DNA of 64,000 nt from Macrostomum lignano (Eukaryota). The notes under the pieces are model-generated. The model searched no databases and was not told the DNA's origin. It saw only the letters and a program-made list of their open reading frames with translations. The DNA is taken from positions 9,882 through 73,881 of the forward strand of contig NIVC01003844.1 in the NCBI GenBank assembly GCA_002269645.1, in the 5' to 3' direction. Position 1 is the first letter of the stretch. The number at the start of each line of letters is the position of its first letter. A program made the position numbers and the translations under genes. Positions 1 to 9,307 of the stretch are shown in pieces.

Positions 1-35
1 CAGGCAGAGCTAAGGGCAGTGTCTGGCCAGCGCTA

Positions 36-1598
36 TCAACCCGAGGGGTCGGCGGAAATGCTGCTGATGTCTGTCGTGGGTCCTCCAAGAAGGCGGAGCC
101 TGGTGCCGGCGAGAGCTGGGCAGTCAAGCCAGTGTTCCAGGTCATCGCAGGGATGGCCGCAGCGGTGACATGCTGGGTCGACGGCCGGGTCGACAATGCT
201 GCGATACGCGTTGAAAAGAGTGCAGTGACCTGAGCGTAAGCGCGCAAGAAGCACCGCATCGGCACGGTTGGTGATGGAGTCCTCTTCCAATTGACGGTTG
301 AGAAGCCGGTACGCGTGCCGGGTGCGCTCGTGGCGTATCGGGGGATCGAGGACGGATCTTCTGATGACGTTTTTGGCGCTGTGGATGCTGATCTGACTAG
401 CGGGAGACACGAGCGTGGTGGCCTCTTTGGCTGCTTGGTCGGCCAGCTCGTTGCCAGGAATATTCTGGTGGCCCGGAACCCACTGCCAGGTGATTTCGGC
501 AGATGCAGTAGGTAGTGCAGATCTGATTCTGGGGTTGCCGCTGGCCAGAGCGCGGAGCATAGATTGGCTGTCTGAGCAGATGTTGGTAGCCGCGGTGAGA
601 GCAGCTTGGTTGATCCAGCCGATGGCGAGAGAGGCGGCGCGAAGCTCCTCTTCGAACGAGGATGTGGAGGGCGCGCCGCGCTGTTGAAGAGTCGCCAGGA
701 TGATAGGGTGGGCTGGGTCACCGGTCGTGACGATGGCTGAGGCGCCGCCATTGGTCGTGCCGCCTGATGCCGAGCCGTCGCAGTAGATGGTGATCAGGCC
801 TGGGAGGTGGCGGATAGTGTCGATGGCCGTGGCTGTGCGCGCGGGACCGGGTTCCGGCAACGCCATGTCGACACGCACGTCGGTAGAGAAAGGGTCCCAA
901 GGCGGCGGACGAGCAGTGCAGATCATGGCGCGCGGCGTGACCGAGCTAGCAATGAGTGGCAGCAGGTCGGTGACGTGGTTCCGCCAACTGTTCCTGCGTA
1001 GCCTGTGCGCTGTGTTTCCAGTGGCGGCAATGCGGCACGGGTGAGAATCCGGGAGGCGCTGAGCTCTTTCGAAGGCCGTCAGGCATATAACATTGCTACC
1101 AGTGCGGACGGAGCAGATGCCAGCTTCCAGCCTAAGGGCCTCAACCGGAGTCGTGCGGTGTTGTCCTGTGACAATACGAAGGGCTGCGTTCTGCGCTCTC
1201 TCCAGCTGTTGAAACGCGGATTCAGAGAGCCAAGGGTGCCAGGCCGGCGCAGCGAAGTTAATGATGCTAAGTTGCATGGCACGGTAAATGCGGAGCAGGA
1301 GTTTTTTGGACCATCCCCATTCCTTGGAGGCCAGGCAGGCGAGGAGACGGCATCGGGAAGTGGTCCGATTGCACACGTGCTCCAGATGACTGCGGAAACT
1401 CAGAGTGCGGTCCAGTGTGAGGCCCAGCAGCCGAGGCGTTGGATTGTGCCGCAGGTTCCGGCCTTCGATAGAGATAGCCGGGGACCAGGCGGCTTCGCTG
1501 GTGTCCGTGGAGAAAAAGGCGGCCTCGCTTTTGTCTGGGTTTAGGACCATTTTGTGCTCATTGCTCCAGCGGGCCACGTTGTCGAGTGCTCTTTGCAC
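36..1598 (-). pseudogene. Ingi ORF 3' part: RT thumb, RNase H and C-terminal zinc knuckle
   Basis: 520-aa ORF with NPDKSE, LLGLTLDRTLSF, IYCDGSAS, ICSDSQS, WVPGHQNIPGNELADQAAK, CHRCGHPCDDLEHWLDCPAL. Confidence 0.88.
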
Positions 1599-2532
1599 AG
1601 TGCGTTGAGCCTCGAGCTTGTTGCGGTGGCGGCGCGGAGGGCGATGTCGTCGGCATACATGGAGATCTCTGCCGGCGGGTTGACCACGTCATTGACCGTG
1701 TCAATGAAAATAAGGAAGAGAAACGGAGCGATGACCGATCCTTGCGGGAGGCCCTGGCGCATGATAACCGGTGAGCTGCGAGCACCGTGGAGTTGCACGC
1801 GGGCAATGCGATGGCGCAAAAAGGCCGCAGTCCATTTGATAAAGACAAGAGGGACGCGTTTGCGTGCCATAACGGTGATGAGGCGCTCACGCCACACTTT
1901 GTCAAAGGCTTTACAAAAATCAAGCAGAGCAATGATCGTGCGTTCAGATGGTTTGAGGTTCATCCCGTCGCTGATGTCTTGGGTGACTCTCAGGAGCTGA
2001 TCCTCGCAGGAGTAGTTGGCCCGAAACCCCGCCTGGTTCGGGGAGATCAGCCGTGGCGCTCAGCCAGGTGGTGCAATCTAGTGACCAGGATGCGCTCGAG
2101 CAGCTTGACAATACAGATGTGAGGCTGATGGGGCGAAAGGCCGCGATGTCCCGAGCCGACTTTCCAGCCTTGAGGCAGGGAATAATAATCGCGGTGCGCC
2201 AGGATTGAGCGACGGCCGCGTGCTGGAAGGACCAGTTGAAGAGACTAAGCAGCTCTGCGCGGGCGAGCGGGCCAAGGGCCTTAATGAACCGAGCGTGACC
2301 TCGTCGGCGCCAGCAGCGCCGTTAGCACGCTGGTGTTGGATGGCTGAGTCCAGTTCCTGCTCGGTGATGGCGGCGTAACCGTCGTGGATCGAACCTGGGA
2401 GCGGAAGGGGAACCGAAGGATGGCTTTGGCTTCTCGGATAGTAGCGCGATCCGAATGGGAAATGTGGTACCTGCTGACAGAGGCGTACTGCTTGGCAAAG
2501 GCGTTGGCTTTGTCTCTAGGGTCTGTTAACAC
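1541..2532 (-). pseudogene. Ingi ORF reverse transcriptase core (frameshifted)
   Basis: ORF 1541-1963: ALLDFCKAFDKVW, QGLPQGSVIAPFLFLIFID, MYADDIAL; upstream pieces lie in other frames (2281-2532 DKANAFAKQYASVS). Confidence 0.88.
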
Positions 2533-4419
2533 TTTGTTGCCGACCTGGAGGCCTCATTAGGGCAGTTGGAGTCCGGAGTGCCGTTAAGGCTGCGGATGAA
2601 CTTCCACGCCTTGTTCGAGTTGGGCTCTTCTCAAGATCGGTTATCGTGTCACGCCAAGCAGCCTCTTTCGTTGCCCTGGCAATTTTGAACGTTGGCGCAG
2701 GCGCTGAGCCAATCTTCTCTATTCTCGCCAACGGAGCGCCTGAGGCGGTTACGGAGCTTAATCGCCGCTTTGAGTTCAGGGTGAGCCAGGGACGCGGTCT
2801 GTGCGAGGTACGGACTTTGCCGATGCAAAGGTTTGCCGCTTGCATGACTATATCATTAAAGCGTTTGGCTCTGGCGTCAAAGGTAAGATGCTCTTTGTGA
2901 AGGGCTTTAAATTTGTCCTCGACGACCGTTTGGAAAGCATTCCAGTCGACCCCTTGTTTGCGCCATATGAGACGGCTTTGGGCCTTAGGCAAGGTCCTAA
3001 CCTTGAGGTCAAGGCGGATCACAATCGGCGTGTGATCACTGCCGAGGTCATCGGAGACTTGCCAGGTGCATTTGCTAGCCAGCTTTGAGGAGGCGAAGGA
3101 CACATCCGGTGAGCTTTCGCCACCTGTGGCTTTATTGACTCTGGTGGGCGAGCCGTCGTTAAGGATTTCCAGTTGCGTGTCGATGGACCAGTCCAGGAGC
3201 GTGGAGCCTCGTTCGTCCTGGGGCTGTATAGGGTCCCAGGCCGGAGAGTGGCTGTTGAAGTCTCCTAGGATGATGCCCTGAGACGGAGTGCCCAGGTGAT
3301 TCCAGTCCGGAAGCTGTCGATCCTCGACGCAGGTGCGAACAGGTGGAGCATAGACGTTGGTGATGGTAATCCAGTTAGCGGTAGATATCTGGATGTCGAC
3401 CGTCTGGATTTCCATGTCCGCTGTGGCCGTGGGTTGCGGGGACGAGCGGAAGGCCAGCTTGTCTCTGATGAGAAGCAGCAGACCTCCACCGCTGCCGTCG
3501 CCGCGGTCTTTGCGCACGGCGATGTACCCGTTGATCTTTGGCAGCTGCGTGCGGTTGGAGAGCTTCGTTTCTTGGACAGCTGCAATGTCGATATCGCTGT
3601 CGGAGAGGCGTTCGGCCAGCTCGGGCAGTTTGGAGGCGATTCCGTCGGCGTTCCACTGGAAGACGGAGGCTGTCGGCAAATTTAGTGTCGCGGGCGACCT
3701 TGTCCTGCAGGGGACGCGCGACGTAGCTGCCGAAGGGGCGGGAGCTCCTTGGGTGCGCGCTGTGCAAACTGGGCAGTCCCAAGGGCTGCGAGCCGCGGCA
3801 TCCGCGGCGTTGCGATTAAGGCCGGTGCAGCACTTGTGGTAAGCGGCGCTGCAGGAGTTGCACTTGACAAACGCGACGCCGCGGCGAATGGCGGTCGAGC
3901 ATTTAGCACAGTAGCGGCGCTGGGCGTCGCTTGGATCGTTCAGATCTCTGTCGGTAGTGGGATCAGCTTGTCTGCGGGTAAGAGCAGGGCGGCGGAAGAT
4001 GGAGTGTGCGCCTGGAAGTTGGACCGCCTGCTGCCGATGCAGAGGGCAGAGCCAGCTGGGGGCGCCACGATACCGCGAGATGTGGCTGCAGTTGCTGGAG
4101 CGGTGGCAGGCCAGAGCGCAACCTTTGGCAGCGCAAGTGAGCGGAGTAGTGCCAGTGCGGATGGGCCCTGAGCAGCTGTGACAGCGCGTTGGCTGAGACA
4201 TGCGGGGCTCGGGTGCCGGGAGGTCACGCAGGTGCGCAGCGGATGCCGAGTCCAATTCAAGGGGGCGGTGCACAGAGCAGCGCCACGGAGATCGGACAAT
4301 CTCGGCGCGGTGCATACCGCTGCATTTCTTCTGACAGTGACAGCGCTCGAACATTCTGGGACCTCACATGGCAGGCTGTGCATGCCCGTGCGGATTGGGC
4401 CGTTGCATGAGTTGCAGGC
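2516..4419 (-). pseudogene. Ingi ORF 5' part: three PHD-like fingers and apurinic-like endonuclease
   Basis: CNSC..C..C/(frameshift)CH..KC..WRCSVH; CHSCSGP..CAAKGC..CH...C..WLCPLH; CAKCST..CNSCSAAYHKCC..WDCPVC; followed by the APE motifs. Confidence 0.85.
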
Positions 4420-4499
4420 TGGGCCGGGATTAGTTTCGATGTCCCGGCGAGCGTAGTGAGGGCGAGCGCAAAGAGGACGAGGCGGGACAGATAGACAGC
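4420..4499 (-). other. 2A (StopGo) peptide, broken by a 1-nt deletion
   Basis: Minus strand reads GCT GTC TAT CTG TCC CGC CTC GTC CTC TTT GCG CTC GCC CTC ACT ACG CTC GCC GGG AC ATC GAA ACT AAT CCC GGC CCA; restoring one G gives AVYLSRLVLFALALTTLAGDIETNPGP. Confidence 0.8.
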
Positions 4500-4653
4500 A
4501 GCAAAACAACCGGTCTCCCTGCCAGCCGTGCCGAAGGCACGCGAGGGCAGATGGGTTGAAGACCACGACTTAGGAGCTTTGGTGTTGCTGCTGCTGCTGC
4601 TGGTGGCCCTCCTGCATGGCCTGTCGACGCTTCCCCGAGAGCAGCAGCTGCCG

Positions 4654-5098
4654 NNNNNNNNNNNNNNNNNNNNNNNNNNNNNNNNNNNNNNNNNNNNNNN
4701 NNNNNNNNNNNNNNNNNNNNNNNNNNNNNNNNNNNNNNNNNNNNNNNNNNNNNNNNNNNNNNNNNNNNNNNNNNNNNNNNNNNNNNNNNNNNNNNNNNNN
4801 NNNNNNNNNNNNNNNNNNNNNNNNNNNNNNNNNNNNNNNNNNNNNNNNNNNNNNNNNNNNNNNNNNNNNNNNNNNNNNNNNNNNNNNNNNNNNNNNNNNN
4901 NNNNNNNNNNNNNNNNNNNNNNNNNNNNNNNNNNNNNNNNNNNNNNNNNNNNNNNNNNNNNNNNNNNNNNNNNNNNNNNNNNNNNNNNNNNNNNNNNNNN
5001 NNNNNNNNNNNNNNNNNNNNNNNNNNNNNNNNNNNNNNNNNNNNNNNNNNNNNNNNNNNNNNNNNNNNNNNNNNNNNNNNNNNNNNNNNNNNNNNNNN
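4654..5098. other. Assembly gap (445 N)
   Basis: Run of N. Confidence 1.
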
Positions 5099-5182
5099 AG
5101 GATCGCAGATAGGTTTAGTAGGCCTCTCATCTGTACCCGAAAGATTCGAGATTAAATCACCCCAGAATTTAGTATATTCTTC
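5099..5182 (-). mobile_element. Continuation of the R2-family element beyond the RTE insertion
   Basis: Removing the RTE joins ...NNISV|EEYTKFWGDLISNLSGTDERPTKPICDP, an R2-like pre-RT segment; the rest is lost in the gap. Confidence 0.75.
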
Positions 5183-8100
5183 TTCTTCTTCTTCTTCTTC
5201 CACCTTTTTTTCGCCTCCCGGCGTAGGTGGCACCCTGTGTCTCGGACGTTTCCTCTTCTTCTGTTACTCGCCGCATGCACTCTCTCGTGCCGTGCCATGT
5301 TGGTTGCTGACAGCCATCTCTTACAGTATCGACATTCTGCTCTCTTCCTTTTGTGGATCCTTGCTATCATTCTCGCCGCTTCGTCGTTCGTCTTCGGTCC
5401 TTCCATTGCATGGGGCTCCTCCGCGCACTTCTTCCTGTGTCTTGCGTAGTTAGTCTTACTGATCCACGTTTTACAGTCGTTACACTCTCTTCTTGTGCCT
5501 TCCGTCCTGCCTCCCGTGCACCATTTCTCGTGATTCTTTCTTGTCGCTTCCGTTCTGAACTCGCTGTTGCATCTCTCGCATCTCATTCTTATGCCCGTAT
5601 CGGTCTTGTGCATTCTTTTCTGGTGGATGGCTAAGCCTCCTCTCGATCTGCATACTTTTCCGCAGTTCTTTTCCCAACACCTGAAACCTGTCAGTTCGTT
5701 TTCATCCATTTGAGTGCTGTTGAGCTGGTTTTGTTCCTCTCGTCCTTCGTCGTCTCTTTCTGCACCTTTGCATCTCAGCCGTTCGATCTTTTCCCACTCG
5801 ACGTCTCTTTTCCTGATGATCTCTTTCCACTTGATCTTGTCGTTCGCGTATTGTCCTACCTTGAGTGGGTCGAGTTTTGTTTTCCGGACCAGCTTTTTCC
5901 AGTAGGTGATAATTGTAGTTCTTCTCTTCTTCGGTCTTCTTATTTTCTCTATCCTTTTATTCCATCCCATCACGCAGATCTTTGTGAGGCTGGTATCCGG
6001 TAGTCTTAGGACGTGACCCATTCGTCTCCAGTGTGCGATCTCAATTTTTCTCTGGATACTTTTAATTCCAAGAGATCGTCTTACGTCCCACATGTTCACT
6101 TGCTTTTCTTCCATTTCACGTAGAGGTTCCTTGGTTTTACTGCTCCAGATAAAGCGGTAGCATTTGTCTATTGTTCTTTGCAGTTGATTTACTTCGCCTT
6201 GCTTGAACGGTCTCGCCCCTGCGTTGAACGTCATCGTGCTTTCCACACATGCCTCTATCACTCTCGCCTGGGTTCGTTTACTCAATCTTGTTCTCCTGAG
6301 TCTTTTCTTGACTTTAGCCTATGCGTTTGTTGCTCTTTGCAGTCTCTGGTGGATGTCTTCTTTGCTGCCAAGCCATACACCCAACATCCGGATCTTATTA
6401 CTTTCCTCTGTTCCCAAAATTGCTGTCTCTTCTTTCTCATCGTTCGTTCTCTCTTCCAACCATCCATGACTTCCTTCACCGTCTTTGTACCTTCCTCGAT
6501 CTCCTTCTTCTCGCCTATCACTGTGGTGTCGTCTGCGAAAAGTGACCAGGTGATCCGTGTGGTGATTGATTCTTCCGTGAACTGGTAGTTTCTCTGTGGG
6601 GGCAGGTCATTGCGTGGTAGGTATGTCCATTCGATACCTATTTCCAGACCCTCGCTTGCTGCTTTGATTTTTCTTTCGGTCTCGGCTGCTCGCATGACCG
6701 CCTGGTGGTAGATATTGAAAAGCACTGGCGAGGTCGCACATCCTTCTCGCAGTCCTCTCTGGGGAAAGAATGTCTGGCTGTTCTCGTCCTCGGTGTGTAT
6801 CTTGTAGGCGGTGTTTTCGTGCAGGTCTTTAAGTTTATCAATCATCTTCTCTGGCATCCCGTGGTGTGCCAACAGTTTCCATAATGCTGGCTTATTCACT
6901 CTTGGGTAGGCTTTTTCAGGTTTTTCCTCGTTGTTTTCGTCGTTTTCTTCACTTTCCTCGTTCTCCGTGTTTGCTCGTGCTTCCCTCATCAGTGTTGCGT
7001 CTTCTTGGAGTCTCAGGATAATCTGGGTGGCGTCCATTGTCGATCTGTTACGCCTGAAGCCTGCTTGATTTTCGTCTAGGCACTCGGTTTCCTCCGCCGA
7101 CTTGTTAATTCGGGTTGCGATTATTCTCGCCAGTATTCTGCTTGTGATTGGAAGTAGGCATACTCCTCGGTAATTGTTCAGATTCTTTTTGTCACCCTTC
7201 TTATGCAGAGGGATTATTAGACCAAGTTTTTGGCTCTCTCTCCACTTCTTTGCTGGTTCTTCCCAGAGTCTCGTAATCTCGGTGAAACATTCTTCTTTTA
7301 CGGTTTCGTTTGCCGCCCTGGTGTAGATTTGTCTAACTTCATCCTCTCCGGGTGCTCCATTCTTCATCTTGTTCAACTCTCTCTCGAATTCTGTCTTAGT
7401 GATGGGTTCGATCAGGGCTGTGTTTGCTATCCTTCGCACTTCTTCGGTCACTTGAGGCTTTTCAAGCGCGTCAATCCTGGTCATCATGGTCGTTGGGTCG
7501 TTCTCGAAGCGATCTTTCTGCACTAATTCGAGGTGTTCTTTGAAATCGCTTGCACTGAACAGATCTTTCCCCCTGCTTTGGTTTTGGTTTCCCATCTCCG
7601 TTATACCCATTTCTTTGAGGTTTTCGTACATCCCTGCGATATTTCCTTTCTCGCAATTTTCTTTGCACTTTTGAGCAAGTCTGTCCCACCAGTCCTCCTC
7701 CCACTGCGTAAGTTTCTCGTTCTTCTTCCTTTTCTCACGGAGTTCTTGCTTCTTTGTTTCCAGGTTTCTTCTGTCTTCTTCGCTTCGCGTTTCTAGCCAT
7801 CTGCGGTTTGCTTCGTTTCTCTCCTTCAGTGCGTCTTTGATGCCTAAGTTAAGTACCCTTAGTTCACCTTCCTTCCCGGCAAGCCATGGGTTTGTTTGTC
7901 TTTTCTTGATTCCGCATACGGCCTCTGCTGTCTTCACTAGGTTTGCCTCCATTGTTTCCCATTGGTTCTCTCTTGTTTTCTGGTACGTTTCTTTTGCGAA
8001 TCTTTCTCGTATTTCAACTTCTCTGAGTTTTTCCCATTCGATCCTCTTCCTCTTTTGCTTCTTTATCGCTGTCGCCTTGTTCTTCTTGATGATCTTCTTG

Positions 8101-9307
8101 ATTTGTTTCGTCAAGTTCGGGTGTATCCAAAGGACCTTCGGTAGGTGATCTGATAGCTTCGGGCTGTGGTCCGTGTACACTTTTCTCACGGTCTTGTGCC
8201 TCTGGTCTTTTCTTACCAGGAAACCGTCCAGTTCGTACCATCTCTTCGTTTTTGGGTGTTTCCAAGTGCCCCCTTCTTTTGCTTGAAAAAGGAGCTTGTC
8301 CATACCAGGTTCCACTCTTCCATCCATAGCATTAAATCTATTCCTTGTTCGTTAGCCGTTTGCATGTTACATTTTCCTATGCAGCTGAACGGGGTACCAG
8401 ATTTCGGGTTCATTCTTGTGTTGTTGCTTCCTACTGATGCATTGAAGTCGCCCCCGATGAAAATGGCTTTCTTTTGTCTTACCGTTGTCATGAGTCTTTC
8501 GAGTTCATTCCGTATTTCTGAGGTTGTCTTGTCGTAGCCTTCGACGCCTTTGACTGGTTGGTATACCGAGATTAGTATGCAGTCACCTAATTCAATTGCC
8601 AGGCTTCTTTCTTGTGGATGCATCTTCCTTCCTTCTTTTAACCACAATAGCCATGCTGGTTCTGATAGTAGGATTCCTACTCTTCCGGAGTGAATTAAGT
8701 GGCTTGTTCCTTTGTTAGTCCTATACTCCCTGATTCCCACTTTGGTTTCTTGGGTTTCCGTGATTAAGGTAATTTGCCATTTATAGGCTGTCTTTACGAT
8801 TTCGCCAAACCTTGCCGATCCGATGTTGGCTCGCTGTACATTCCAGGTTGCAATCTTTATCCTTGCTTCTTTCCATTCCGATTCTGCTTCTTCGGTTTTC
8901 TGTTTTATTTGTTTTTCTTTTCTTTTCTTTCTTCTTAGTGTTCTCCTCTTATTTCTTGCTCTTCTTTGATCTGCGTTCCTAGGTCCTGGATTATTCTCAA
9001 TGGTGCACAGGTCCTTCTCAATCCTTGTCTTAACCGATCTCTCCGATTCTTTTCCTAGTTCTCCTTCCTCTTCCTCGTCCGAGTTGGCACTAGGGTGCCT
9101 CACTTTTTTGTTGTTTATAGAGGTGTGGACCGTGGTTAGTGGGCCACCACTCTGTTGAAGAGGGTTTCGTCCACGGACCTCAGGTGTTACTCTGAGTCCG
9201 CGGGCTCTTCCCCCCCCCTTTTTGGCTTCTTCTTTGCCAGCCGATTTCTCGGGCAGTCCGCTTGGCACTTGTGCGTCTGCACGAAAGTGGGAAGCCGTTC
9301 GCCAAGC
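5183..9307 (-). mobile_element. Full-length RTE-clade LINE (APE-RT, C-terminal zinc fingers) with (GAA)n tail and 13-bp TSD, frameshifted
   Basis: TSD TAGTATATTCTTC at 5170-5182 and 9308-9320; (TTC)n at ~5178-5200; APE (ATWNVQ, TETQE, GGDFNASVG, ELDGFL, SDHLP); RT (NYRGVCLL, QAGFRRNRST, KAYPRV, RGLREGCATSPVLFNIY, LFADDT); ORF pieces 8213-9361, 6282-8327, 5152-6285. Confidence 0.92.
9225..9307 (-). ncRNA. Candidate HDV-like ribozyme at the exact 5' end of the RTE
   Basis: RNA GCUUGGC GAAC GGCUUC CC ACUU UCGUGCAGACGCAC AAGU GCCAAGC GGA CUGCCCGAGAAAUCGGCUGG C AAAGAA GAAGCC: P1 GCUUGGC/GCCAAGC, P2 GGCUUC/GAAGCC, P3 ACUU/AAGU, GG after P1', P4 GAAA hairpin; L3 is atypical. Confidence 0.55.

Larger units (their letters stand above)
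1..4570 (-). mobile_element. Ingi-clade (I-group) non-LTR retrotransposon, near full length, multiply frameshifted: 2A - PHD x3 - APE - RT - RNase H - C-terminal Cys/His motif
   Basis: Ordered domains on the minus strand: DIETNPGP; PHD-like C4HC3 motifs; APE motifs (QWNADGI, VQETKL, GDFNSH, SPDVS, SDHTP); RT motifs (LLDFCKAFDKV, LPQGSVIAP, YADDIAL); RNase H (CDGS, EEELRA, SDSQS, WVPGH..GNELAD); CHRC..LEHWLDCP. 5' boundary approximate; 3' end may run past the window edge. Confidence 0.9.

Noticed and set aside
4430-5233. ORFs spanning the N gap
   Set aside because: Artefacts of translating N; the two sides belong to different elements.
9165-9205. Hammerhead-like CTGAGGTCCGTGGACGAAAC in the RTE 5' region
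   Set aside because: The core lacks the CUGANGA spacing, stem II has a 2-nt loop, and the CTGA is sequestered in a competing hairpin.
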